Below the pieces are notes generated by a model. It was not told the DNA's origin and searched no databases. It saw nothing but the letters and a program-made list of their open reading frames with translations. Source: a bacterium (lineage in GTDB: Bacteria > UBA10199 > 2-02-FULL-44-16 > JAAZCA01). Taken from it: a stretch of 64,000 bases of DNA. Numbering within the stretch: position 1 is the first letter of the stretch; each line of letters opens with the position of its first letter. Below, piece by piece: positions 18,997 through 29,171 of the stretch. The position numbers and the translations under genes are program-made. Location of the stretch: NCBI GenBank assembly GCA_963674695.2, contig CAXXGI010000002.1, forward strand, positions 416,001 to 480,000. Direction: 5' to 3'.

Positions 18997-19028
18997 AACG
19001 GCAGGGTTTGTCATCAATCTTGGTTTGT

Positions 19029-20321
19029 CTAAAACGCAAAGTGGAAGAGCACCGTCACGGTGTCCTCTGCGAGCGTGCTGCCAATATTCACCGGAGCGCC
19101 GTCGAGCGTGCCGCTCTCGTCGAATGCCTTTTCGAAGGCGTGCATATAGCTGAGTGTGGCGGCATAGTGTTCGTTGAAGTCGACGGTCACGCCGAGGGTC
19201 AGGTGGTGTTCCACGATCGCCGGAAAGGCCATCGATCGGAAGGCCTGATACGCGAACTCGCCCGCTTCACCGCCGTTGAGGAGATGCCCCTGCACGCGCC
19301 GTGTGTCCGTTCCGGTGCCGATACTCGTGCCCGAGGCGAATCCGGATTCATTTCGAATCGGGTTGCGGCCATAGTTGTAGCCGGCGCGCACCGTGACGTA
19401 CTTGTTGATCTGATACTGGCCACCCGCGGCGGCGATGTACTGATCGCGCCAGCCGAAATCTTTATATCCCTTCGCCCCAGACCAGTTGATCCACTTGCCA
19501 TCGAGCACGATGAGCAGATTCTCGATCGGCGTGATGGCAAATCCCCATCCGACCTGCTGTGGCTGGTCGAGTTTGAGGGAGTCGCGCGTGCCATCCCCCT
19601 CGAAGTCGTAGACGCGCGAATACTTCATGGGCGACATCGACTTGTAGGTCGCGCCGAAACTGAGCCATTTCACGATCTGCCAGCGCACGCCCACCTTTGC
19701 GCCGAAGCCGAGCGTCTGTTGCAGGCCCTGACCGAAATCGAGCATGCCGTAGTTGATGATGGGAGAGACGCCGAATGCCAGTTTGTTGTCCAGGAACTGA
19801 AAGGCCACGGTAGGGGCGAACTGGAAGAGCTGCTTGGTCGTCTTGAAATCGAGTGCGCCGACGAACTGGTTATAGGGGGCGGGCATGGCGGCAAACGCCG
19901 CGGTGTTGCCGACGTTTTTGTTCACATAATCTACGCCCATGCCGGAGATGCCATAGAAGGCCAGCCCCACCGAACACCAATCGACCACCGGCAGGGCAAA
20001 CCCGACCGTGGGGACGATAAAGTAATTCGCCTCGCTCTGGGTGGTGGTGGCACCTGCGCCGAGGTTGGCGCGCGCATTGACCGTGGGCAAAAAGAGCGTG
20101 CCGCCGACGTCGATGAGCGTGTCGTCGAGCAGGGCGATTCCGGCGGGGTTGAGCAGGATGCCACCCGCGGCGTCCTGCGGAACGGCGGCGATACCCGCCC
20201 CCCCCATGCCGCGCTCCTTGCCGATGCCGATCAGGATGTCGCCGTTGGTGGCATGTGCGGTCGAGGTGATGAGCATCGCCGCGAGGGCGATAAGATACGC
20301 TACGGTCATCTGTCTTTTCAT
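19029..20321 (-). CDS. OmpP1/FadL/TodX family outer-membrane channel
   Basis: Signal peptide; TNG...GMGGAGIA...NPAG hatch motif; RAGYNYG; FPAIVEHHLTLG; terminal Phe. Confidence 0.9.
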   Translation of the reverse strand: MKRQMTVAYLIALAAMLITSTAHATNGDILIGIGKERGMGGAGIAAVPQDAAGGILLNPAGIALLDDTLIDVGGTLFLPTVNARANLGAGATTTQSEANYFIVPTVGFALPVVDWCSVGLAFYGISGMGVDYVNKNVGNTAAFAAMPAPYNQFVGALDFKTTKQLFQFAPTVAFQFLDNKLAFGVSPIINYGMLDFGQGLQQTLGFGAKVGVRWQIVKWLSFGATYKSMSPMKYSRVYDFEGDGTRDSLKLDQPQQVGWGFAITPIENLLIVLDGKWINWSGAKGYKDFGWRDQYIAAAGGQYQINKYVTVRAGYNYGRNPIRNESGFASGTSIGTGTDTRRVQGHLLNGGEAGEFAYQAFRSMAFPAIVEHHLTLGVTVDFNEHYAATLSYMHAFEKAFDESGTLDGAPVNIGSTLAEDTVTVLFHFAF

Positions 20322-20385
20322 GTGTTTTCCCCCTGAATGTTGGCGCAGCATATGATGATCGAACAATGGGGACAATAATAATTCC

Positions 20386-21516
20386 TCAGTTGGTTAAGGT
20401 TATTTCGATATATGGCCCCATTGTGGAATGCCCGGTGCGCGGGATCGTTGTTGGAATGCTTTCTACAATTCGTTTCAGCGCCTGATCCCGCTCCTTCCGA
20501 TTGGCCGGGCGGGGCTGGTAGCCGGTGCGCAGGTTATCGGTGATAATCGGATAGAGGCGAACGGCGTGGGCGATTGGCGTCTGGCGTTCGTCCAGGACCA
20601 GTTCCGCTGCGAGGCTGATCGCATCGACCTTTTTCTGGGCATAGCGACCGGGGCTCAAAAAAACGAAGTTGCCGAGGTTATAGAGGATGAGTCGGTCGCG
20701 ATAACGTTCGATGGTCTGTGCCAGATGGGCACCGTGTCCCACGATGAGATCGGCGCCGGCATCGATCAGGGCGTGTGCGATATGGCGCTGAGCCGCTGTT
20801 CGTCTGCCGTAGTTTTGTCCCCAGTGCGGGGTGACGATGACGAAGATCCCCGGCATGCGTTCTTTGAGATCAGCGATTTGCCGGGCGAGCGCTTCCGCAT
20901 CCAGCGCGTTGACGCCGGGATCGTTGCGATCAGCATAGAAGTGATAATCGTCTCGATAGGTTTTGCCTTGTTGTTCGAATGCGCCGATGAGCGCCAAACG
21001 AAATCGGACATCTCCCACGGGCATGGTCACCACGAGTGAGGCGCCGGCCTCTTTCGCAGAGGCACCGGCGCCGTAGTGGGCAATTTCATGTGCGTCGAGA
21101 AGCCTGATCGATTGGGACAGCCCCTCGGCGCCATAGTCGAAGGCATGGTTGTTGGCGAGTGAGACGATATCGATGCCGTGGCGCGAGAGTGCGGCAGGGG
21201 TTTCCACGACATCGGCATGATGGATATAGCGCTTCTTTCCCGCGAAGGGGGAGCGAGGCATGTTCGTGATCGGTGTCTCCAGATTGCCCACCACGAGGTC
21301 GGCGCTGCCGAGCAGCGGCGCGAGCGCGGATACAGAGGTATCATAACGGCGCTTGCGCGAGGCGTCTGTGGGAAGTCCGCTGCGATAGCTCTCGCCGAAG
21401 GCGATGTCGCCGACGAAGAGAACGGAGTGCTCAGAGCGGCACCCAATCATCACAAGGAGAGTGCTGATAGAGAGCAGGGCGCACAGAAAGCGAATGGACG
21501 AGGAGGCCGATGACAT
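20386..21516 (-). CDS. CapA family metallophosphatase-fold protein
   Basis: FVGDI; GNLETP; SLANNHAFDYG; HWG; GADLIVGHGAH; YNLGNFVF. Confidence 0.92.
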   Translation of the reverse strand: MSSASSSIRFLCALLSISTLLVMIGCRSEHSVLFVGDIAFGESYRSGLPTDASRKRRYDTSVSALAPLLGSADLVVGNLETPITNMPRSPFAGKKRYIHHADVVETPAALSRHGIDIVSLANNHAFDYGAEGLSQSIRLLDAHEIAHYGAGASAKEAGASLVVTMPVGDVRFRLALIGAFEQQGKTYRDDYHFYADRNDPGVNALDAEALARQIADLKERMPGIFVIVTPHWGQNYGRRTAAQRHIAHALIDAGADLIVGHGAHLAQTIERYRDRLILYNLGNFVFLSPGRYAQKKVDAISLAAELVLDERQTPIAHAVRLYPIITDNLRTGYQPRPANRKERDQALKRIVESIPTTIPRTGHSTMGPYIEITLTN

Positions 21517-21560
21517 TGGACGCGAGTCTATCAGGGCACATCTGTTATCACAAGCAGCGC

Positions 21561-21589
21561 AAAAAAGCGGCGCCGATTCGGCGCCGCTT
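21561..21589 (-). terminator. Intrinsic terminator
   Basis: AAAAAAGCGGCGCCGA-T-TCGGCGCCGCTT downstream of the minus-strand gene. Confidence 0.75.
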
Positions 21590-21621
21590 GGGTGATCACA
21601 TATTTGAGATGAGACTGCCCC

Positions 21622-22089
21622 TTAAAACTCCTTCGCAAACGTCGGGCGCAGCTGTTTTTGAAACTCCTCCTGATAGGTCTCCTTCGACATCTGCTTGGCC
21701 GTCTGTACGGCATTCGCATTGCTCTGCGGTGTGGCGTTGAAGCGCACCTTGATCTTTAAATTGCGAACTTCATTTCCATTCGGCAGTGTTTTGACGAGTT
21801 TGACGTTCTCCTGTTCGATCATGAACTGACACTCGTTGAACGAGACGGGATAGCCGTAGGTTTTTTCTACGAGTTTCGGCAATATCGCATTCCACATCTC
21901 GTCGCGGACCTGCTTGCGGCGTTCGGCGCGGGGGGTCGCTGGGTTTACCTGGACGGTCCAATCCAAATCGATTGTCAGGAATCCGTTCTTCTGGATGTTG
22001 CCGGTGACATCAACCGTGTTGGCGGCAAACGCGGGCAGGGCAAAGCCGATGACAAGTGCTAGGACGATGAACGTGCGAATGGTTTTCAT
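21622..22089 (-). CDS. Hypothetical secreted protein
   Basis: RBS AAGGAGG; signal peptide ending PAFA. Confidence 0.75.
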   Translation of the reverse strand: MKTIRTFIVLALVIGFALPAFAANTVDVTGNIQKNGFLTIDLDWTVQVNPATPRAERRKQVRDEMWNAILPKLVEKTYGYPVSFNECQFMIEQENVKLVKTLPNGNEVRNLKIKVRFNATPQSNANAVQTAKQMSKETYQEEFQKQLRPTFAKEF

Positions 22090-22161
22090 GTAAAACCTCC
22101 TTGTAGGTGAGTAGGATCTCTATAGGTCATGCCCGAAAGGGCGTCAACCGAGCGTAGATGC

Positions 22162-22797
22162 TTATTTGGTTTGCTCCGGCCCCTTGGCAGCCTCCGGGGT
22201 GAGCGCATTCCTCCAGTGTTTCGTGTAGAAGAAGCGATCCAGATCCTTCTCATGCCGTTTGGCCAGGGCGATATTCTCCGGCGGGATCTGGATGGCAAAT
22301 TCGAGCGCCATGTTGGCGATCGCGGCGCCCTGATCGGAAGCGAGCGCCTGTTCGATGCTCTTTTGGTATTCCGGCGGAACGCTGGTGGTGGCCAGCGTCA
22401 TGCCATAGCTCGACAGGCGTCGGAGCATCTCCGCCTTCGTCGCCTGTGGTTGGATGCTCATGTAGGCGATGACGATATTTCCGGTCAAGCCGATGAACGG
22501 TGCCCAGGTAATCTTCGATTCCTTGAGCGCGGTGCGCACGCCGCGGTCATTCTTGATGCGCATGAGGTAGGCCAGCGCGTCTGCGGTCTTGAGGTCGCCC
22601 CGATCCTTGATGATCTGGGCGCGCAGAGGTCCGCGCATTTCGCCGAAGACCTTCACGAAGAGGGCGTAGTCGTTCTCCGAAATCGGTCGGAGCGCAAACG
22701 AGGCGAGCGATTCATCCGACGTTGTGGCCTTTTTCGGGGCGGCGATCGCCGTCGTGGCCATGAGCATGATAAGGGGAAGGATGAGGAGTCGTTTCAT
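22162..22797 (-). CDS. Hypothetical secreted protein
   Basis: Signal peptide MKRLLILPLIMLMATTAIA; 211 aa. Confidence 0.7.
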   Translation of the reverse strand: MKRLLILPLIMLMATTAIAAPKKATTSDESLASFALRPISENDYALFVKVFGEMRGPLRAQIIKDRGDLKTADALAYLMRIKNDRGVRTALKESKITWAPFIGLTGNIVIAYMSIQPQATKAEMLRRLSSYGMTLATTSVPPEYQKSIEQALASDQGAAIANMALEFAIQIPPENIALAKRHEKDLDRFFYTKHWRNALTPEAAKGPEQTK

Positions 22798-22933
22798 ACG
22801 TCGCTTCTATCGGAAGCGGGGCCTGGGCGCAAAGGGAAAAGAGGCCCATTGCTTCCCACGCGGTCCAATGCGTTGCCGATAGGGCCGGCTTCTGTTACCC
22901 TCTTGCCTGTCCGCATGAATACGGGGAGGTGTT

Positions 22934-23998
<1,065 letters not shown>

Positions 23999-24004
23999 GG
24001 TCGG

Positions 24005-25183
24005 CTACTCGTCTGATTCTTTGGGATCGGTGCGCTCGATGTCGATCTTGATGCGCGTCGGATCGATCGCCTCCAGCGTGATCTTTTGCGGAAAGCTCAA
24101 ATCCGAGGGCGTGATGCGGATGGTCTGCGCGCCCGAGCGCAGACTCAGCGTCTTGAGCACGAGCTGCACCTGGTTGCGGTTGAGGAAATAGAGTTTGCTT
24201 CGCGGGCCTGAAAACGTGACGTTGACATCCGAAGGTGTCACCGTTGCCAGGTCCAACCCCTCGGGCATCTCCACCAGCTTCACGGGGACGTCGAAGGTGC
24301 GGTAGATCACGGCCGATCCATAGACATGCACGAACCAGAGCAGTGCCGCCATCGCCAGCGCAATCGCCTTCTCTCGACTGTTGGTAAAAATCCAACTGGT
24401 CCAGGAGCGCTTGCGCGCGTGCGGTGCAATTTCATCGGCGAAGCGTTCCAGGCGTGCCAGCAGTTCATCCGCGCCACCCACCATTCGCAGTTTTCCGTTT
24501 CGGGCGATCGATATTCCGCCGTTCTCCTCCGAGACGATGAGGCAGAACGCATCGGTTACCTCTGCGAGTCCGAGTGCGGCGGCGTGCCGCGTGCCGTGGT
24601 GGGCCAACTGCTGAAAGTTCTTCGAGAGTGGCAGGTGCACGCCGAATCGAACGACCCGTGCGCCTTCCATCACCACCGCACCGTCATGCCCGATCGAGTG
24701 CGGATCAAATAGGCTCTTGAGCAGCGCTTCGCTCACCCGTCCGCCCAGCTCCGTGCCACCGTCGAGATATCCATCGATGAGCTGACGTCCTCGCAGGGCG
24801 ATGAGCACCCCGATCCGTTCGCGCGCCAGATCGATGATCGTGCGCACGAGCGCTTCATTTTCGTCTCGAGTGGGTTTGTGTCGATGTCGCCCGCGCAGGC
24901 GCGGGTTCATACTCCACACCGCGACGCGTTCGAAGAAGCGCCGGATCTCCTCCTGAAAGATGATGACGAGGGCGAGCAGGATGACGGCGAAGAATCCCTG
25001 CAGCACGCCGGCGGTCAGCTTGAGGTCGAACTGTTGGGCGAGCAGGTAGATGGCGCCCATGATGACGATTCCGGCCAGAACGAATGCCGCGCGCGTGCGC
25101 TTGAACCAGACCAGGATGAGGTAGAGAAAGAGGGCGATGAAGGCGATGTCGATGACATCGGCGAAACCGATCTGTTCCCACAT
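24005..25183 (-). CDS. Diadenylate cyclase (CdaA-type) fused to a YbbR/CdaR-like domain
   Basis: Three N-terminal TM; IIFQEEIRR; HDGAVV; GTRHAAALG; VSEENG; then a TM and a YbbR-like beta domain. Confidence 0.88.
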   Translation of the reverse strand: MWEQIGFADVIDIAFIALFLYLILVWFKRTRAAFVLAGIVIMGAIYLLAQQFDLKLTAGVLQGFFAVILLALVIIFQEEIRRFFERVAVWSMNPRLRGRHRHKPTRDENEALVRTIIDLARERIGVLIALRGRQLIDGYLDGGTELGGRVSEALLKSLFDPHSIGHDGAVVMEGARVVRFGVHLPLSKNFQQLAHHGTRHAAALGLAEVTDAFCLIVSEENGGISIARNGKLRMVGGADELLARLERFADEIAPHARKRSWTSWIFTNSREKAIALAMAALLWFVHVYGSAVIYRTFDVPVKLVEMPEGLDLATVTPSDVNVTFSGPRSKLYFLNRNQVQLVLKTLSLRSGAQTIRITPSDLSFPQKITLEAIDPTRIKIDIERTDPKESDE

Positions 25184-25202
25184 AGGTTCTCCTCAAGCGT
25201 TC

Positions 25203-25643
25203 CTACGCGGTCGTGGTGATTTCCACGAGTTCGATGTCGAAGACGAGCGGCTTTCCCGCCAGGGGGTGGTTGGCATCGAGCGTGATGCTCTTGTCGGTAG
25301 AAGCGGTGACCACGACCGCGATCTCCTGATCTCCGTCGGCCTGCTTGAGCTCCAACTGCTGGCCGATCTCAGGGTTGATGTCGGGCGGAATCTGGCCGCG
25401 ATCGACCTCGAGGACCATCTCTTCGCGGTAGGGTCCATAGCCTTCCTCGGCGGTGAGCGTCACGGTCTTGGAATCGCCTGCCTTCATGCCCATCACGGCC
25501 TTTTCGAATGCTGGCAACAGTTCGCCGTCGCCCATGGTGAATTCAAGGGGTTCGCCGCCGACGGATGTGTCGAAGGTCGATCCATCTTCGAGTTTGCCGG
25601 TATAATGAACCTTGACCGTGTCGCCCTGTTTGGCCTGCGCCAT
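25203..25643 (-). CDS. FKBP-type peptidyl-prolyl isomerase (SlyD-like, no metal-binding tail)
   Basis: GDTVKVHYTGKLEDGSTFDTS; DANHPLAGK. Confidence 0.95.
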   Translation of the reverse strand: MAQAKQGDTVKVHYTGKLEDGSTFDTSVGGEPLEFTMGDGELLPAFEKAVMGMKAGDSKTVTLTAEEGYGPYREEMVLEVDRGQIPPDINPEIGQQLELKQADGDQEIAVVVTASTDKSITLDANHPLAGKPLVFDIELVEITTTA

Positions 25644-25831
25644 GATGCCTCCCTTTGCGTTGGTTTCTGAAGACATTCCAGATGCGGGCGCGGAAGTAAA
25701 AGGATTTTGTTCCGAGGGGGAGAATTATCCGAAGTATGCCGCGATTTTTCCCGAGGTGCCCTGATTGACGCTGTCATTCAGTCCAGGCCTTTGGTAGAAT
25801 CGCGCCCGTCATTTTCGAAAAGGAGATTCCC

Positions 25832-27250
25832 ATGGCGCCGCATCGTCACCCTCCAAAGCAACACGGTATTAGCGTCTTCGTCCTGGCGATGATGAACGTC
25901 GCCGTGGTCATGAGCCTGCGCGGCCTTCCGATGATGGCCAAGGAAGGGATCACGATGCTCTTCTATCTGATCTTCGCCTCGCTCCTCTTTCTCGTCCCGG
26001 TCTCACTCGTGAGCGCGGAGCTGGCCACCGGTTGGCCGGATTCCGGCGGCGTCTACCGCTGGGTGAAGGAGGCCTTCGGCCCGCGCTGGGGGTTCACGGC
26101 CATCTGGCTGCAGTGGATTCAGAATACCATCTGGTATCCGACGGTGCTGGCGTTTGCCGCGGCGGCCCTGTCTTATCTCTTTCTCGACCCAAAGCTGGCC
26201 GGGAGCAAACTCTTCAACGTCGTCGTGATCCTGGGTATCTACTGGGGGGCGACCTTCATCAACTTTCGGGGCCTCAAGACCGCGGGTTGGATTACCACTG
26301 CGGGAGTCATCGGGGGCACGATCTTTCCCGGCGCGCTTATCATCATTCTCGGCATCGTCTGGGTCGCCACCGGGCACCCGATTGCCTTCGAGGCGACCTC
26401 ATCCGGGTTCCTGCCGAATTTCTCCAACTTCAGCAATATCGCTTTCCTCGCGGGCATCGTCCTGCTCTTTGCGGGCATGGAGGTGGGCGCCGTGCACGTG
26501 CGCGAGCTTTCCAATCCGAAGCAGGGCTATCCGAAGGCCATCTTTCTGGCCATGTTCATCATCATCATCGTCTTCACCTTCGGGTCGCTGGCCATCGCGG
26601 CGGTCATCCCCGAGGCGAACATCAGTCTGACGGCCGGCATCCTGCAGGGGTTCAAGGAGATGTTGCACATGTTCGGTCTGGACTGGTTTCTGCCTGTCAT
26701 CGGTTTTCTCGCGGCCTTTGGCGCCATCGGTGGCGTCACCGCCTGGATCGCTGGGCCCAGCAAAGGGCTCTTAGCCACCGCGCACAACGGGGAGATTCCT
26801 CCTTTTCTGCAGCATGTGAACAAGAACAATGTGCAGACCCACATCCTCTGGATTCAGGGTGCCATCGTGACGGTCATCTCGCTCGTCTTTCTGCTGATGC
26901 CGAACGTGAGCAGCGCTTTCTTTCTGCTCACCGCGCTCACCGCCATCCTCTATCTCTTCATGTATATCCTGCTCTATGCCTCGGCCATACGGTTGCGCTA
27001 TACGCGCCCCGATGTGGTGCGGACCTATCGCGTGCCGGGAGGGAATTTCGGGATGTGGTGCATCGCAGGCGGTGGCCTTTTGGCGGTCGTCTTCGCCATG
27101 GTCGTCGGTTTCTTCCCGCCGGTGCAGCTGACCATCGGGAGCCCCGTTTTCTATGTATTGTTCCTGATCGGGGGCTGCATCCTCTTCATCGGCGCGCCGC
27201 TTATCATCAACATGCTCAAGAAGCCAAGCTGGATGCCGAAAGAGGGATGA
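25832..27250 (+). CDS. gadC: Glutamate/GABA antiporter (APC family)
   Basis: VMSLRGLP; SAELATGWP..GGVYRWV; AGMEV; adjacent to the glutamate decarboxylase gene. Confidence 0.88.
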   Translation: MAPHRHPPKQHGISVFVLAMMNVAVVMSLRGLPMMAKEGITMLFYLIFASLLFLVPVSLVSAELATGWPDSGGVYRWVKEAFGPRWGFTAIWLQWIQNTIWYPTVLAFAAAALSYLFLDPKLAGSKLFNVVVILGIYWGATFINFRGLKTAGWITTAGVIGGTIFPGALIIILGIVWVATGHPIAFEATSSGFLPNFSNFSNIAFLAGIVLLFAGMEVGAVHVRELSNPKQGYPKAIFLAMFIIIIVFTFGSLAIAAVIPEANISLTAGILQGFKEMLHMFGLDWFLPVIGFLAAFGAIGGVTAWIAGPSKGLLATAHNGEIPPFLQHVNKNNVQTHILWIQGAIVTVISLVFLLMPNVSSAFFLLTALTAILYLFMYILLYASAIRLRYTRPDVVRTYRVPGGNFGMWCIAGGGLLAVVFAMVVGFFPPVQLTIGSPVFYVLFLIGGCILFIGAPLIINMLKKPSWMPKEG

Positions 27251-27281
27251 CGCAATCGCCATTCACCACCGGGAGGTTCAT

Positions 27282-28688
27282 ATGGTGTATTCAAAACGAA
27301 ATCTCAAAGATCTGAGCGAGCGCGAACAGTTGCTCGCCCCTACGTTCGGGTCGCGCGATCTGCAGGGGTCGGTGCCGAAGTACAAGCTCCCTCGAAACGA
27401 GATGTCACCGCGCAACGCCTATCAGCTCGTGCACGATGAACTCATGCTCGACGGAAACGCGCGTCTCAATCTCGCAACGTTCGTGACCACCTGGATGGAG
27501 CCGGAGGCGCGCCAACTCATGGCGGAGACCTTCGACAAGAATATGATCGACAAGGATGAGTATCCGCAGACGGCTGAACTCGAGATGCGCTGTGTGAATA
27601 TCCTTTCGCGCCTCTTCCACGCGCCCGAAGAAGCCAATGGGTGTGGATGCTCCACCATTGGTTCAAGCGAGGCGGTGATGCTCGGCGGCATGGCGCTCAA
27701 GTGGAAGTGGCGCGAGCGCATGCGGGCGAAGGGGAAGGCAACGGACAAGCCCAATTTGATTCTCGGTACCGACGTGCAGGTCTGCTGGGAGAAGTTCTGC
27801 CGCTACTGGGATGTCGAACCGCGCTTCATCCCGATGGAGAAGGGTCGCGCCTATAGCTTGACGCCCGAGAACGTCATCGCGCACTGTGACGAGAACACGA
27901 TCGGCGTGGCCCCCATCATGGGCACGACCATCACGGGGGCAAACGAGCCGGTCAAGGCCATCAACGACGCGCTCGACAAATACAACAAGGAGACGGGCTT
28001 TGACGTACCGATCCATGTCGATGCCGCCAGCGGTGGATTCATCGCGCCTTTTCTCCATGAGAAGCTCGAGTGGGATTTTCGCCTCAAGTGGGTCAAATCG
28101 ATCAATACCTCGGGACACAAGTTCGGCCTCGTCTATCCGGGCGTGGGTTGGGCCATCTGGCGCGATTGGGAGGAGCTGCCCAAGGATCTTATCTTCAGCG
28201 TCAACTATCTGGGCGGCGATATGCCCACCTTTGCGATCAACTTCTCACGTCCGGGCAACCAGATCGTCGCACAGTACTACAACTTCCTGCGACTGGGGTT
28301 CGACGGCTATAAGCGCATTCAGCAGTCCTGTCGGGATGTGGCGCGCGCTCTCTCGGAGAAACTCGAAAAACTCGAGGTGTTCGAGTGCGTGACTCGCGGT
28401 GAGGACATTCCTGTTTTTGCGTTCAAGATCCGCGAGGGTCTCAAGACGAACTACACCGTCTATGACATCTCTGAGATGCTGCGCCATCGCGGGTGGCTGG
28501 TCCCGGCCTATACCATGCCGGCGAATTGTGAAGAGATCGCCCTTCTGCGCATCGTGGTGAAAGAGGGGTTCAGCCACGACATGGCTGATCTCCTGCTCGA
28601 GGATATGCAGCGCATCCTCAAGCACTTCCAGTCGCAGCCCGACTACAAACCGACCCAGCGCACAACTGGCGGCAAGGTGCGGTGCTAG
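27282..28688 (+). CDS. gadB: Glutamate decarboxylase
   Basis: LDGNARLNLATFVTTWME; KNMIDKDEYP; HVDAASGGF; SINTSGHKFGLVYPG (PLP Lys). Confidence 0.97.
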   Translation: MVYSKRNLKDLSEREQLLAPTFGSRDLQGSVPKYKLPRNEMSPRNAYQLVHDELMLDGNARLNLATFVTTWMEPEARQLMAETFDKNMIDKDEYPQTAELEMRCVNILSRLFHAPEEANGCGCSTIGSSEAVMLGGMALKWKWRERMRAKGKATDKPNLILGTDVQVCWEKFCRYWDVEPRFIPMEKGRAYSLTPENVIAHCDENTIGVAPIMGTTITGANEPVKAINDALDKYNKETGFDVPIHVDAASGGFIAPFLHEKLEWDFRLKWVKSINTSGHKFGLVYPGVGWAIWRDWEELPKDLIFSVNYLGGDMPTFAINFSRPGNQIVAQYYNFLRLGFDGYKRIQQSCRDVARALSEKLEKLEVFECVTRGEDIPVFAFKIREGLKTNYTVYDISEMLRHRGWLVPAYTMPANCEEIALLRIVVKEGFSHDMADLLLEDMQRILKHFQSQPDYKPTQRTTGGKVRC

Positions 28689-28716
28689 GACGGTTTCACG
28701 GAAATGACAGCGCGAA

Positions 28717-29016
28717 TCACTCGGGGCGTTCGGGCATCCACTTCTTGATTACATCCACGATCTGGTAGGCCTGTTTGGCATTCGAGATGTTGAATTTGCT
28801 CTGTGGGATGAAGTTTCCGCCGCGTTTCTGATAGCGCTGGATGCGAACCTTGGGCGGTCCAAATTCTCCGGTTTTGCCATCCAGGTCCTGGTAGAGGAAC
28901 ATGATCGTCGTCCAGGAGCCTCGGCTGAGGACCTCCTTTTCGATTTCGCGGACCTTCTGCTTGCCGTCGCTCTCGTCCACCCAGTTGATCGTGATTTCGT
29001 CGATAGTCTCCGCCAT
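28717..29016 (-). CDS. Conserved-looking hypothetical protein
   Basis: RBS AAGGAG; 99-aa globular ORF (EVLSRGSWTTIMFLYQ...RYQKRGG...QSKFNIS). Confidence 0.75.
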   Translation of the reverse strand: MAETIDEITINWVDESDGKQKVREIEKEVLSRGSWTTIMFLYQDLDGKTGEFGPPKVRIQRYQKRGGNFIPQSKFNISNAKQAYQIVDVIKKWMPERPE

Positions 29017-29171
29017 GAGGGGCTCCTTGGTTGCTGTCGTCGTTGGGGTGAGGTTGTGCCACGGAGCTCGGTATCGGTCAAGGCCGGGGGAAATCACCTT
29101 GAGGCATGGCGGGGAAGTTGCTACAGTGCCGCACTCTGAACGAACGTGTTTTTGAATCAGCAGGGGGACAG

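Noticed and set aside
17622-19016. Possible CRISPR array or integron attC cassette
   Set aside because: Only two long copies ~1.3 kb apart, no regular spacers, no cas or intI gene, and no clear RYYYAAC/GTTRRRY ends.
22855-22883. GCCGATAG upstream of corA as another sigma28-like site
   Set aside because: The -10 element is imperfect and there is no GCAAC at the right spacing.
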